Source of the DNA: an uncultured delta proteobacterium
GTDB lineage: Bacteria > Myxococcota > UBA727 > VGSZ01
Direction of reading: 5' to 3'
Length of the DNA stretch: 64,000 bases
Assembly: GCA_963775425.1 (NCBI GenBank)
Contig: CAVZJB010000017.1
Coordinates: 192,001 to 256,000, forward strand
Positions 39,255-48,476 of this stretch are shown piece after piece (position 1 is the first letter of the stretch; each line of letters opens with the position of its first letter). The translations under genes and the position numbers were made by a program. Below the pieces are notes generated by a model. The model was given only the letters and a program-made list of their open reading frames with translations, was not told the origin of the DNA and ran no database searches.

Positions 39255-39309
39255 GCGTCGAGCCTAGCGGCGCGGGCGCGGGCGCGCGAGCGCCGCTACA
39301 CTCCTCGTC

Positions 39310-39813
39310 GTGCGCACCGCCGGCCCCGCGCTGTGTCTGTTTTTCACCGCCTGTGCGGGCTCCGGGCCGAGCGCGTTCACGTCCGAGGACGTGCAGCCCT
39401 TCCTCGAGGCGCACAACGCCGTGCGCCACGCGGCGAGCCCCGCGCCGGACCCGGCGCTGCCGGACCTCGCGTGGGACGAAGACATCGCGGCGACGGCGCA
39501 GGCGTGGTCATCGCGCTGCGTCTTCGAGCACTCGCACGGACCGCTCGGCGAGAACCTCGCGTTTTTCAGCGGCGACGCGTCGACCCCGCAAGACACCGTC
39601 GACGGCTGGTCCTCCGAGGCCGCCGACTACGACTACGGCCAAAACGGCTGCGCCGCGGGCCGGCAGTGCGGCCACTACACCCAGATCGTGTGGCGCGACA
39701 CGCAGCGCGTCGGCTGCGGCGCCTCGTCGTGCACCGTCGACGGCTTCGACGGGACCTTCTGGGTCTGCAACTACGACCCGCCGGGAAACGTCGTCGGCGA
39801 AAAGCCGTACTGA
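39310..39813 (+). CDS. CAP (PR-1-like) domain lipoprotein
   Basis: FTAC lipobox, HNAVR, GENLA, CGHYTQIVW, VGCG, CNYDPPGN. Confidence 0.92.
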   Translation: MRTAGPALCLFFTACAGSGPSAFTSEDVQPFLEAHNAVRHAASPAPDPALPDLAWDEDIAATAQAWSSRCVFEHSHGPLGENLAFFSGDASTPQDTVDGWSSEAADYDYGQNGCAAGRQCGHYTQIVWRDTQRVGCGASSCTVDGFDGTFWVCNYDPPGNVVGEKPY

Positions 39814-39855
39814 GCGGCGCCACGACCGCCGCGGGCCTCGCGCCCGGGGGAGCGC

Positions 39856-42800
39856 CTACGCCACGACGCGCAGCGGGGCCCGCTCCGGGGCGGCGGCGGT
39901 CTTCGGGCGCACCGCGCGAAAGCGCGCGCGCGCGTCGTCCCAGGAGGCGAGCACGCGCGCCGCCAGCGGGCTCCCCGTGAGCGCGGCGTGGCGTTCCACG
40001 AGCGAGCGCACGAGGGCCTCGTCGTCGGCGGACAGCGGGGCGAGGGCGGCGTCGGCGTCGTTCAACCGCAGCGGCAGCTTGCCGGCGACGTCGTAGACGA
40101 ACGCGGCGCCGCCCGTCATGCCCGCGGCGAAGTTGCGACCGGTGCTGCCGAGGACGACGACGGTGCCGCCCGTCATGTACTCGCAGGCGTGGTTGCCACA
40201 ACCCTCCACCACCGCCACCGCGCCGCTGTTGCGCACGCCGAAGCGCTCGCCCGCGGTGCCGCACACGAAGAGCTCTCCCGCCGTGGCGCCGTACAGCGCC
40301 GTGTTGCCGATGACGACGTTGTCCTCGGGGGCGAAGCGGGCCTCACGCGGCGGCGCCACGACGATGAGCCCACCGCACAGCCCCTTGCCGACTGTGTCGT
40401 TGGCCTCGCCGCGCAGCTCGACGGCGACCCCGCGCGGCAAGAACGCGCCCAGGCTCTGCCCCGCCGATCCCGTGAGCACCAGCGTGATCGAGCCCGCCGC
40501 GAGCCCGCTGTCGCCGAACGCCCGGGCGACCTCGCCGGCGACGCCGGCGCCGACGGCGCGGTCGACGTTGGTCACGCGCGCTTCGATCACCGCCGGCGCG
40601 CCGCCGGCGAGCACGTCGCGCACGTGCTCGACGACGTCGGCGGTGGCGTCGAGGTGGCCGGCGGTGTCCTTGCGCTGCATCGCGCGGCACCGCCGCTTTG
40701 CGATCGGCGCCGCACCGCCGTCGCACGCTCCGTCGAGCGCGGTCCCCGCGTCGCGCGGCGCCGCCAGCAGCGCCGAGAGGTCGAGCGCGCGGGCCTTTGC
40801 GAGGGCCACGCCCTCACGGCGGCGCAACAGCTCCACCGCGCCGACGACGTCGTCGAGCGCGCGCGCGCCGAGCCGCGCGAGCAAGGCGCGCACGCCTTCG
40901 GCCACGAGCTCGAAGAACGTGATGATGTGCTCCGGCTTCCCCGGGAAGCGCGCGCGCAGCGCCGGGTCCTGCGTGGCCACGCCGACGGAGCAGGTGTTCA
41001 AGTGGCACTTGCGCTGCATGACGCAACCCTCGGCGACCAGCGCCGCCGTCGCCAGGCCGAGCTCCTCGGCGCCGAGCAGCGCCGCGATGACGACGTCGCG
41101 CGGCGTACGTACGCCGCCGTCGACCTGGAGGCGCACGCGGTCGCGCAGGCCGGTCTCGACGAGCATCTGCTGCGCTTCGGCCAGGCCGAGCTCCCAGGGC
41201 AGCCCCGCGTGGCGCAGCGACGACAGCGGCGCGGCGCCGGTGCCGCCCTCGAACCCCGCGATGACGACGGCGCCGGCGCCGGCTTTGGCGACGCCCGCGG
41301 CGACGGCGCCGACGCCGACGGCGGAGACGAGCTTGACGCTGATGCGCGCGCGAGGGCTCACGACCTGGAGGTCGTAGATGAGCTGCGAGAGATCCTCGAT
41401 CGAGTAGATGTCGTGGTGCGGCGGCGGCGAGATGAGCGTGGTGCCCGGGGTGGTGTGGCGCACGCGCGCGATGCGCTCGTCGACCTTCTTGCCGGGCAAC
41501 CGCCCGCCCTCGCCGGGCTTGGCGCCTTGCGCGATCTTGATCTGCAGGTCGTCGGCGTGCACGAGGTAGGAGGCGGTGACGCCGAAGCGCCCGGAGGCGA
41601 CCTGACGGATGGCGGAGCGCCGCTCGTCGCTGTTGCGCTCCGGCTCCTCCCCGCCCTCGCCGCTGTTGCTGCGCGCGCCGATGCGGTTCATCGCCACCGC
41701 GAGCGTCTCGTGCGCCTCCGGGCTGATGGAGCCGAAGCTCATGGCACCCGTCACGAACCGCTTCACGATCTCGCTCGCCGGCTCCACCTCCTCGAGCGGC
41801 ACCGGCGCGCGGCGATCGAACGCGATATCGAGGAGGCCGCGCAGGGTGGTGGGCCGATCCTCGTCGTCGGCGGCGGCGCAAAAGCGCGCGAACGCCTCGG
41901 CGTCGCCGGTGCGCGCGGCCTTCTGGAGCAGGTGCACCGTCGACGGCGCCCAGCGATGGCGCTCGCCGTCGCGGCGGAACTGGTAGACGCCTCCGGTCGG
42001 CAGCAGCGCGAGCGCCGGCGCAGCGCCGGCTCCCGGCGCGGCGCCTGGGGCGACCGGAGGGAAGCCGCGGGCGTGCCGCGCGGCGTTTTCGTCGTGGAGC
42101 TCGCGCCAGCTCACGCCACCGATGCGCGACGGCGTGCCCGTGAAGTGCGCGTCGACGAGGTCCTGCGCGACACCGACGGCCTCGAAGATCTGCGCGCCGG
42201 CGTAGCTCTGGAGCGTCGAGATGCCCATCTTGGACATGACCTTGAGGAGACCGCGGCGCAGCGCCTCGATGTAGCGGCGCTGCGCCTCGTCTTCGCCGCC
42301 GCTCACGTGGCCGGCGCCGGCCAGCGCGCGGATGCTCTCGAGCGCGAGCCACGGGTTCACCGCCGCCGCGCCGTACCCGATGAGCGCCGCCACGTGGTGC
42401 ACCTCGCGCACTTCGGCGCTCTCGACCACGAGCCCCGTGAGCATGCGGATGCCGTCGCGGACCAGGCGCTGGTGCACCGCGCTCACCGCGAGGAGCGCGG
42501 GGATGGCCGTGTGGCGTGTGTCCACGGCGGAGACGAGCGGTGCGTCGTCCGCGCCCGCGTCGACGTCGGCGCAAGGGAGGCCGATGCGGTCCGAGAGGAT
42601 CAGGATGTTCGCGCCGTCGTCCACCGCGCGCACGGCCTCGTCGCACAGCGCCGCCACGGCCGTCTCGAGCGCGCCGCCGCCGCCGTCGACGGCGTAGAGC
42701 GTAGAGAGCCGACGAGCCTCGAACACGCCCTCGTCGACGGCGGCGAGCTTGGCGAGCTCGCCGTTTCTGAGGGTGGGACCCGGTAGCGCGAGCTGGTGAC

Positions 42801-44415
42801 AGTGCTCCGGCGTCTCCTCGAACGTGTTGCCGTCGGGGCCGATGGCGATGGACGTCGACATCACCAGCGACTCGCGCAGCGGATCGATGGGCGGGTTGGT
42901 GACCTGCGCGAAGAGCTGGTGGAAGTAGTCGAACAACGACGGCGCGCGATCGGAGAGCACGGCGAGCGGCGTGTCGTTGCCCATGGACCCCACGGGCTCG
43001 CTGCCGCCTTCGGCCATGGGCTGCAGGATGGTGAAGATGTCCTCGTCGGTGTAGCCGAACGCCCGCTGCAGCTGCGTGAGCGCGGCGGGCGACGGCGACG
43101 GCAGCCGCGGCGCGCGCGGCAGCATGTCGAACGTGTAGCGGTGGCGCGACAGCCACCGGCGGTACGGGAAGCGCCGCGCGATCTCGCGCTTGACCTCGTC
43201 GTCTTCGAGCACCTTCTGCTCGGCCACGTCGACGAGCAGCATGCGCCCGGCCTCGAGGCGTCCCCTCTTCACCACGCGCTCGGCCGGCACCTCGAGCGCG
43301 CCCGCCTCCGAGGCGAGCACCACGCGATCGTCGTCGGTGATGCACCAACGCGCGGGCCGCAGCCCGTTTCGGTCGAGGGTGGCGCCGAGGAGGTTGCCGT
43401 CGGTGAAGCACATGGCGGCCGGACCGTCCCAGGGCTCCACGAGGGTGCTCGCATACTCGTAGAACGCGCGGCGGTCGTCGTCGATCTCGGGATCGCGCTC
43501 CCACGCCTCGGGGATCATCATCATCATCGCGTGCGGCAGCGAGCGGCCGCCGAGGACGAGGAGCTCCACCAGCGCGTCGAAGTGCGCGGAGTCCGACGTG
43601 CCCGGCACCAGGATGGGCCACAGCTCGATGAGCCGCTCGATCTTCGCGGTCTTCAGCAGGCTGCGCCGCGCGCGCATCCAATTCACGTTCCCGCGGAGCG
43701 TGTTGATCTCGCCGTTGTGCGCGAGCAGGCGCATGGGCTGCGCGCGCTCCCAGGTCGGCGACGTGTTCGTCGAGAAGCGCGAGTGCACGACCGCGAGGGC
43801 GCTCACCATCTCGGCGTCCTCGAGGTCCGGGTACAGCGAGCGCAACTGGCGCGGCAGCGCCATGCCCTTGTACACGATGGTCTCCGCCGACAACGACGCC
43901 ACGTGAAGCTCGGCCACCCCCAGCTCGCGCGCGCGGTTCTCGACGCGCTTCCGGATGACGAACAGGGCGCGCTCGAACTGCTGCGGCAGGAGGCGGCGGC
44001 GCTCGACGTAGACCTGGCGCATGGCGGGGCGCGTGGCGCGCGCGTGGGCGCCGAGGTGGTGGTCGAGCACGGGGACGTCACGCCAGCCGAGCACGCGCTG
44101 GCCCTCCTCGAGCACGGCGGCCTCGAAGAGCTTCTCCACGGCGACGCGCGCCCCCGGATCGCGCGGCAGGAAGAGCTGGCCGACGGCGTAGCGACGACGG
44201 CGCGGCATCTCGAAGCCGAGCTTGAGTCCCTCGCGCTTGAAGAAGCGGTGCGGCAGTTGGAGCAGGATGCCCGCGCCGTCGCCGCTGTCCGGGTCCGCGC
44301 CGGCGGCGCCGCGGTGGCTGAGCCGCACGAGCAACGACAGCGCGTCGTCGACGATGGCCCTCGACTTGTCGCCCCGCACGTTCGCCACGAACCCGACGCC
44401 GCACTCTTCGCGCAT
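39856..44415 (-). CDS. gltB: Glutamate synthase large subunit
   Basis: N-terminal CGVGF, HSRFSTNT, HNGEINT, FAQVTNPPID, QGAKPGEGG, C..RKCHLNTC, GXGXG domain. Confidence 0.96.
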   Translation of the reverse strand: MREECGVGFVANVRGDKSRAIVDDALSLLVRLSHRGAAGADPDSGDGAGILLQLPHRFFKREGLKLGFEMPRRRRYAVGQLFLPRDPGARVAVEKLFEAAVLEEGQRVLGWRDVPVLDHHLGAHARATRPAMRQVYVERRRLLPQQFERALFVIRKRVENRARELGVAELHVASLSAETIVYKGMALPRQLRSLYPDLEDAEMVSALAVVHSRFSTNTSPTWERAQPMRLLAHNGEINTLRGNVNWMRARRSLLKTAKIERLIELWPILVPGTSDSAHFDALVELLVLGGRSLPHAMMMMIPEAWERDPEIDDDRRAFYEYASTLVEPWDGPAAMCFTDGNLLGATLDRNGLRPARWCITDDDRVVLASEAGALEVPAERVVKRGRLEAGRMLLVDVAEQKVLEDDEVKREIARRFPYRRWLSRHRYTFDMLPRAPRLPSPSPAALTQLQRAFGYTDEDIFTILQPMAEGGSEPVGSMGNDTPLAVLSDRAPSLFDYFHQLFAQVTNPPIDPLRESLVMSTSIAIGPDGNTFEETPEHCHQLALPGPTLRNGELAKLAAVDEGVFEARRLSTLYAVDGGGGALETAVAALCDEAVRAVDDGANILILSDRIGLPCADVDAGADDAPLVSAVDTRHTAIPALLAVSAVHQRLVRDGIRMLTGLVVESAEVREVHHVAALIGYGAAAVNPWLALESIRALAGAGHVSGGEDEAQRRYIEALRRGLLKVMSKMGISTLQSYAGAQIFEAVGVAQDLVDAHFTGTPSRIGGVSWRELHDENAARHARGFPPVAPGAAPGAGAAPALALLPTGGVYQFRRDGERHRWAPSTVHLLQKAARTGDAEAFARFCAAADDEDRPTTLRGLLDIAFDRRAPVPLEEVEPASEIVKRFVTGAMSFGSISPEAHETLAVAMNRIGARSNSGEGGEEPERNSDERRSAIRQVASGRFGVTASYLVHADDLQIKIAQGAKPGEGGRLPGKKVDERIARVRHTTPGTTLISPPPHHDIYSIEDLSQLIYDLQVVSPRARISVKLVSAVGVGAVAAGVAKAGAGAVVIAGFEGGTGAAPLSSLRHAGLPWELGLAEAQQMLVETGLRDRVRLQVDGGVRTPRDVVIAALLGAEELGLATAALVAEGCVMQRKCHLNTCSVGVATQDPALRARFPGKPEHIITFFELVAEGVRALLARLGARALDDVVGAVELLRRREGVALAKARALDLSALLAAPRDAGTALDGACDGGAAPIAKRRCRAMQRKDTAGHLDATADVVEHVRDVLAGGAPAVIEARVTNVDRAVGAGVAGEVARAFGDSGLAAGSITLVLTGSAGQSLGAFLPRGVAVELRGEANDTVGKGLCGGLIVVAPPREARFAPEDNVVIGNTALYGATAGELFVCGTAGERFGVRNSGAVAVVEGCGNHACEYMTGGTVVVLGSTGRNFAAGMTGGAAFVYDVAGKLPLRLNDADAALAPLSADDEALVRSLVERHAALTGSPLAARVLASWDDARARFRAVRPKTAAAPERAPLRVVA

Positions 44416-44467
44416 GTGGCTGTTTACGCGTCGCGTCAATCGCGCGCAACCGCCCCCGGCGACCCGC

Positions 44468-46363
44468 TCAATCGAGCGAGGTGAGCGCCGCCGCCACCTC
44501 GATGTCCAGGGGCGCGCGCCGGACGCACTCCTGCAGGAGGCTGCGCGCGCGCGCGGCGTCGCCGTCCTTGGCCGCCACGAGCCCGAGGAAGAACAAGGGC
44601 CGCATGGACTGCGGGTGCTCGCGCATGACGTTCATCAGGCGCGCGACGCCGTTCGCGTCGCCCGTGAGGACCTCGGCCCAGCCGAGGTAGCTCTCGAACT
44701 CGGCGTCGCCGGGGCGGCTCTCCACCGCCCGGGCAAAACAAGCGCGCGCCTTGTCGGGATCGGCGGCGGCGAGCGCCTGCTGTCCCTCCAGGAACGCGTC
44801 CTCGTCGCGGGCGCGCTGCTCGTGGCCCTGCGCAGGCATCTGGTAGGCGAGCAGCGCGTCGTACGCGGCGCGGCGATCGGGATCGGCGAAGGTCTGGTAG
44901 GCGTCGTCGAGGAGCGTCCACAGCTCGCGCGCGGCGGGCGTCGCCGGGCCGAGCGCCTTGCCCATCACCGCGCCGGGCCCGATCTCGCGGGCGAGCTCGT
45001 CGAGCCGCGCCTTGGTGACGTCCGACGCGACGTCGCAGGGCAGGTCGAGCAGGTCGTAGTAGGAGCGCCCGCGCCCCTTGAGGAGCATCCCGCAGATCCG
45101 GTTCACGAGCTCGCGGTCGACGAGCTCGGCGGCGAGCTCGTTGCGCATCATCTCCGGCAGCGGCCGCGGATCCGGGGCGCCGTCCGAAGCGAGGCGCACG
45201 AGGCCCGCGAGGTGCGCGGCGAAGACCTCCTGGCTCGACGAGCTCTTCGCCGCCTCCGCCACCGTCGGCGTGCCGGCCAGGACCACGGTGGGCAGCGTGG
45301 CGTCGGGCCTCACACGGGCGAACGCGAGCAGCAGATCGTCGAAGTCCGGGGCCTTGTCGAGCCGCTCGGCCTTGTGCGCGGCGACGAAGATGTCGGCGTC
45401 CTCGAGCTGGCCGGGCTCGAAGCCGAAGGAGAGGATGACGTCGATGAGCTGGAGCCCGGACACCGCCATCCGGTGCGCCTCCTGCTCGTCGTCGATCACG
45501 CGCAGCCGCCCCGTCCACATGAGCGCGCGGCGCACGCGGGTCGCCGCCTGCTCGTCGACGAAGCCGAGCGCCTCGTCGGCGCTGCACAGGCCGAGCGCGA
45601 GGAGCGCCTCGGCCACGCGCTCGCCCTCCTTGGCCATGCGCGCGTTGAGCATGCGCATCTGCTCGGTGGTGAGCCGGCCCTGCTTCCACAGACGCTCGCC
45701 GAGGAGGTGCTCGCGGAGGTTGTCGGAGGCGCCGACCACCACGCCGCGCAAGAAGGCGAGCTTCAAGTGACTGGACTCGTCGACGAGCACGACGGTCCCC
45801 GTGAGGCGCTGGCGCGCACAGGCGAGCAGCGCCTGGGCGACCTCCTTCGGCGCGGCCACCGCAATCTCGTGGGGCAGCGAGGGGGCGCGGCGCGCGGCGG
45901 GATCGCTCTTGGGCGGCGGGGAGAGGTCGCTCGTCGCCGCCGGCGCGGGATGCGGGGCCGGACGGGGCGCGGGCGTCGTCTCGAGCGCCTTGCCGTGTTT
46001 GAGGAGGATCTCGACGAGCTTGTCCTTGAGATCGCCGAGGATGAACGGCTTGGCGAAGAACGCGTCGACGCCCTGGTCGAACGCGTCCTTGCGGGCCTTT
46101 GGCCCCTTGAACGCGGCGGTGATCATCACGACACCGACGTCGTGCCCCTTGGGCATGGCGCGGACGGCGCGGATCACGTCGTAGCCCGACTTCCTGGGCA
46201 GGAGGCCGTCGGTGACCACGATGTCGAAGGCGTGCTCGGTGAACGTCTTGATGCCGACCTCGCCGTCGCCCACCGCGGTGACCGCGAAGCCGGACCGTTT
46301 CAGGAAGCGCTCGAGGAGGGCGCGGATGTCCGCGTCGTCCTCGATCAGGAGCAGCCGGGCCAT
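44468..46363 (-). CDS. Response regulator with DUF4388-like, degenerate DnaJ and TPR domains
   Basis: REC (EDD, TDGLLP, KPF); LGERL; YYDLL..AYQTFADPDRRAAYD; TPR-like C-terminus. Confidence 0.8.
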   Translation of the reverse strand: MARLLLIEDDADIRALLERFLKRSGFAVTAVGDGEVGIKTFTEHAFDIVVTDGLLPRKSGYDVIRAVRAMPKGHDVGVVMITAAFKGPKARKDAFDQGVDAFFAKPFILGDLKDKLVEILLKHGKALETTPAPRPAPHPAPAATSDLSPPPKSDPAARRAPSLPHEIAVAAPKEVAQALLACARQRLTGTVVLVDESSHLKLAFLRGVVVGASDNLREHLLGERLWKQGRLTTEQMRMLNARMAKEGERVAEALLALGLCSADEALGFVDEQAATRVRRALMWTGRLRVIDDEQEAHRMAVSGLQLIDVILSFGFEPGQLEDADIFVAAHKAERLDKAPDFDDLLLAFARVRPDATLPTVVLAGTPTVAEAAKSSSSQEVFAAHLAGLVRLASDGAPDPRPLPEMMRNELAAELVDRELVNRICGMLLKGRGRSYYDLLDLPCDVASDVTKARLDELAREIGPGAVMGKALGPATPAARELWTLLDDAYQTFADPDRRAAYDALLAYQMPAQGHEQRARDEDAFLEGQQALAAADPDKARACFARAVESRPGDAEFESYLGWAEVLTGDANGVARLMNVMREHPQSMRPLFFLGLVAAKDGDAARARSLLQECVRRAPLDIEVAAALTSLD

Positions 46364-46443
46364 CCGGGCACATTACGTGGGGATCGGGGATGACAAACGA
46401 ATTTCGTAGGGCATGCTCACCGCGAGACAACCCGAGGTCCTCC

Positions 46444-47478
46444 ATGTTGCGCACCGCTATCGGCCTGTCCCTCCTCACGCTGTTCGTGACGCTGTTCGTC
46501 GGCACCACGAGCACCTCTTGCACCATCACGCGCGTCGAGGACGGCGAGGGTGAGGGTGAGGGAGACACCGGCGAAGGCGAGGGCGAAGGCGAGGGCGAGG
46601 GCGAAGGCGGCGTCGAGAACACGGACGCGCTCTGCTCCGACGGCCTCGACAACGACGGCAACGGCTTCACCGACTGCGACGACTTCGCCTGCGACGGCAC
46701 CGCGCCCTGCTCCGAGAGCAACTGCGGTGACGGCATCGACAACGACGGCAACGGCTTCACCGACTGCGCCGACTTCGCCTGCAGCGGCAACGGCACCACC
46801 CCGCCGGATCCCGCCTGCGTCCTCGCCACGGCCACGACCATCCAATCCATCCAGGACGGCACCAACGGCGCGGGCTTCACGGTGACCACGGATCCCGTCG
46901 TCGTCACCGGCACCGCGGTGAGCGGCAGCGGCAACGTCACGCTCTACGTCCAGGAGCCCAACGGCGTCACCTCCGGCGGGCACACGTACCCCGAGTTCTC
47001 GGGCGTCGGCGTCTTCGTCAAGAACGATCAGGTGGCCACGTTCCCCGCGGTGAGCGGCATCGCCATCGGCGACTGCGTGCAGATCACGGGCAAGGTCACC
47101 GAGTTCTCCGGGCTCACGCAGCTCTCGTTCGTCACGGCGTTCGACGCCGTCGGTGGCTGCGGGGAGGCGCCCGTCGCGGCGGTCAAGACGGTGGACTCCA
47201 TCAACGACACCGGCGCCGACTCCGAGGCGTTCGAGGCCACGCTCATCGAGGTGGACAACGTCACCCAGAGCGATGACGTGGTGAACGGCAACTTCCACGT
47301 TCAGGACGGAAACGGCGCCACGCTCTTCGTGAACGGCTTCCTCCTCGCCAACGACCCCACCAGCACCAACGGCACCGCCTTCGCGTCCATCACCGGCGTC
47401 CTCACGGAGTTCGACGCCCAGGACGGCACCGTCCGCTTCAACATCGAGCCCCGCACCGCGGCCGACCTCGTTCAGTAG
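46444..47478 (+). CDS. Secreted/lipoprotein with GE repeat, two CxDGxDNDGNGFTDC repeats and OB-fold-like region
   Basis: Signal peptide, GEGEGE tract, duplicated Cys/Asp motif, GDCVQITGKVTEFSGLTQL. Confidence 0.75.
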   Translation: MLRTAIGLSLLTLFVTLFVGTTSTSCTITRVEDGEGEGEGDTGEGEGEGEGEGEGGVENTDALCSDGLDNDGNGFTDCDDFACDGTAPCSESNCGDGIDNDGNGFTDCADFACSGNGTTPPDPACVLATATTIQSIQDGTNGAGFTVTTDPVVVTGTAVSGSGNVTLYVQEPNGVTSGGHTYPEFSGVGVFVKNDQVATFPAVSGIAIGDCVQITGKVTEFSGLTQLSFVTAFDAVGGCGEAPVAAVKTVDSINDTGADSEAFEATLIEVDNVTQSDDVVNGNFHVQDGNGATLFVNGFLLANDPTSTNGTAFASITGVLTEFDAQDGTVRFNIEPRTAADLVQ

Positions 47479-47491
47479 GGCGCGTCGCCGC

Positions 47492-47923
47492 TCACCTGCC
47501 GGCCTGGCAGCGCTCCTGCACGGCGCCGATGAGGCGCGTGCAGCGCGCCTGGGACGCCGCGGGCACGCCGGTGCAGCGGGTGCCCGCCCAATGCACGCTG
47601 GCGAGGATGTCGTTGCGCGCGGGGATGCCGTCGCAAAAGCCGGCGGGGAGGGTCGCGGTCTTGAGGCAGCCCTCGAGGAACACCTTGTTGGTGGCCTCGT
47701 CGAGCGCGCCGCCGAGCGAGGGCAGGCGCCGCTCGGCCTCGGCGACGCAGGCGGCGGCGTCTCTTCCCTCGCCGAAGTGCGCGCCCTCCTTGAACGCGCC
47801 CTTGCCCGCCTCGACGAGCTCGCCCTGGTGCGCGCGCACCCAGAACACGCCGCCGGCGACGAGCGCGGCGGCGACGACGACGGCGGCGCCGCAGCCGATG
47901 GCCACCACCTTGCCCGCGCTCAT
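47492..47923 (-). CDS. Hypothetical membrane-anchored Cys-rich protein
   Basis: N-terminal TM helix, several Cys; GAGGG upstream. Confidence 0.6.
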   Translation of the reverse strand: MSAGKVVAIGCGAAVVVAAALVAGGVFWVRAHQGELVEAGKGAFKEGAHFGEGRDAAACVAEAERRLPSLGGALDEATNKVFLEGCLKTATLPAGFCDGIPARNDILASVHWAGTRCTGVPAASQARCTRLIGAVQERCQAGR

Positions 47924-47960
47924 GGGCGGCCCCTCGTCATGAGCGAGCGGAGGGAGCACC

Positions 47961-48476
47961 TCATTTGACGAGCTTCCCGTTTTTGTACCGGACGTCCGCG
48001 AGCGTTTCGCCGCGCTCGTCCCACTCGCGAAACACGCCGTCGGGCTTGCCCTTCACGTAGGTGACCTCCTGCTTGCGCTGGCCGTTTTCGTGCCACAGGA
48101 GCCAGCGCCCGTCGCGCGCACCGTCTTTGTACGCACCGCTGATGGCTTTCACCCCGTTGTCGTGCCACGCCTCGTAGGGCCCGTCGCGCACGGCCTTGCC
48201 GTCGGGGCCGTCGCGCTCGCACCACGTCTCGCGCCCGTCGGGCGGCTCGGCGCCGACGCGCTTGGCGCCGGCGGGGCACGGCGTGCCCGCGAGCGCTTGC
48301 TGCAGGGTGCTCTCGAGGCGCGCGCGCTCCTCGGCGGCGATCTGCGAGCCGGCGTCGACGACGCCGGCGTCCTTCACGGGGGTCGGCGGCGGCGGAGGCT
48401 TCTTGCAGCCGACCCAGGCGAGCGCCGCGCAGGCGAGCGGGAGCAACAGGCGGTGGCGTGGGCGCGTCACGGTCAC
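47961..48476 (-). CDS. MORN-variant repeat (YwqK-like) lipoprotein
   Basis: WVGC lipobox; repeats DGPYEAWHDNG, DGRWLLWHENG, DGVFREWDERG. Confidence 0.8.
   Translation of the reverse strand: MTVTRPRHRLLLPLACAALAWVGCKKPPPPPTPVKDAGVVDAGSQIAAEERARLESTLQQALAGTPCPAGAKRVGAEPPDGRETWCERDGPDGKAVRDGPYEAWHDNGVKAISGAYKDGARDGRWLLWHENGQRKQEVTYVKGKPDGVFREWDERGETLADVRYKNGKLVK

Noticed and set aside
47961-48476. YwqK-like gene as antitoxin of a toxin-antitoxin pair
   Set aside because: Generic MORN-variant lipoprotein; no adjacent toxin
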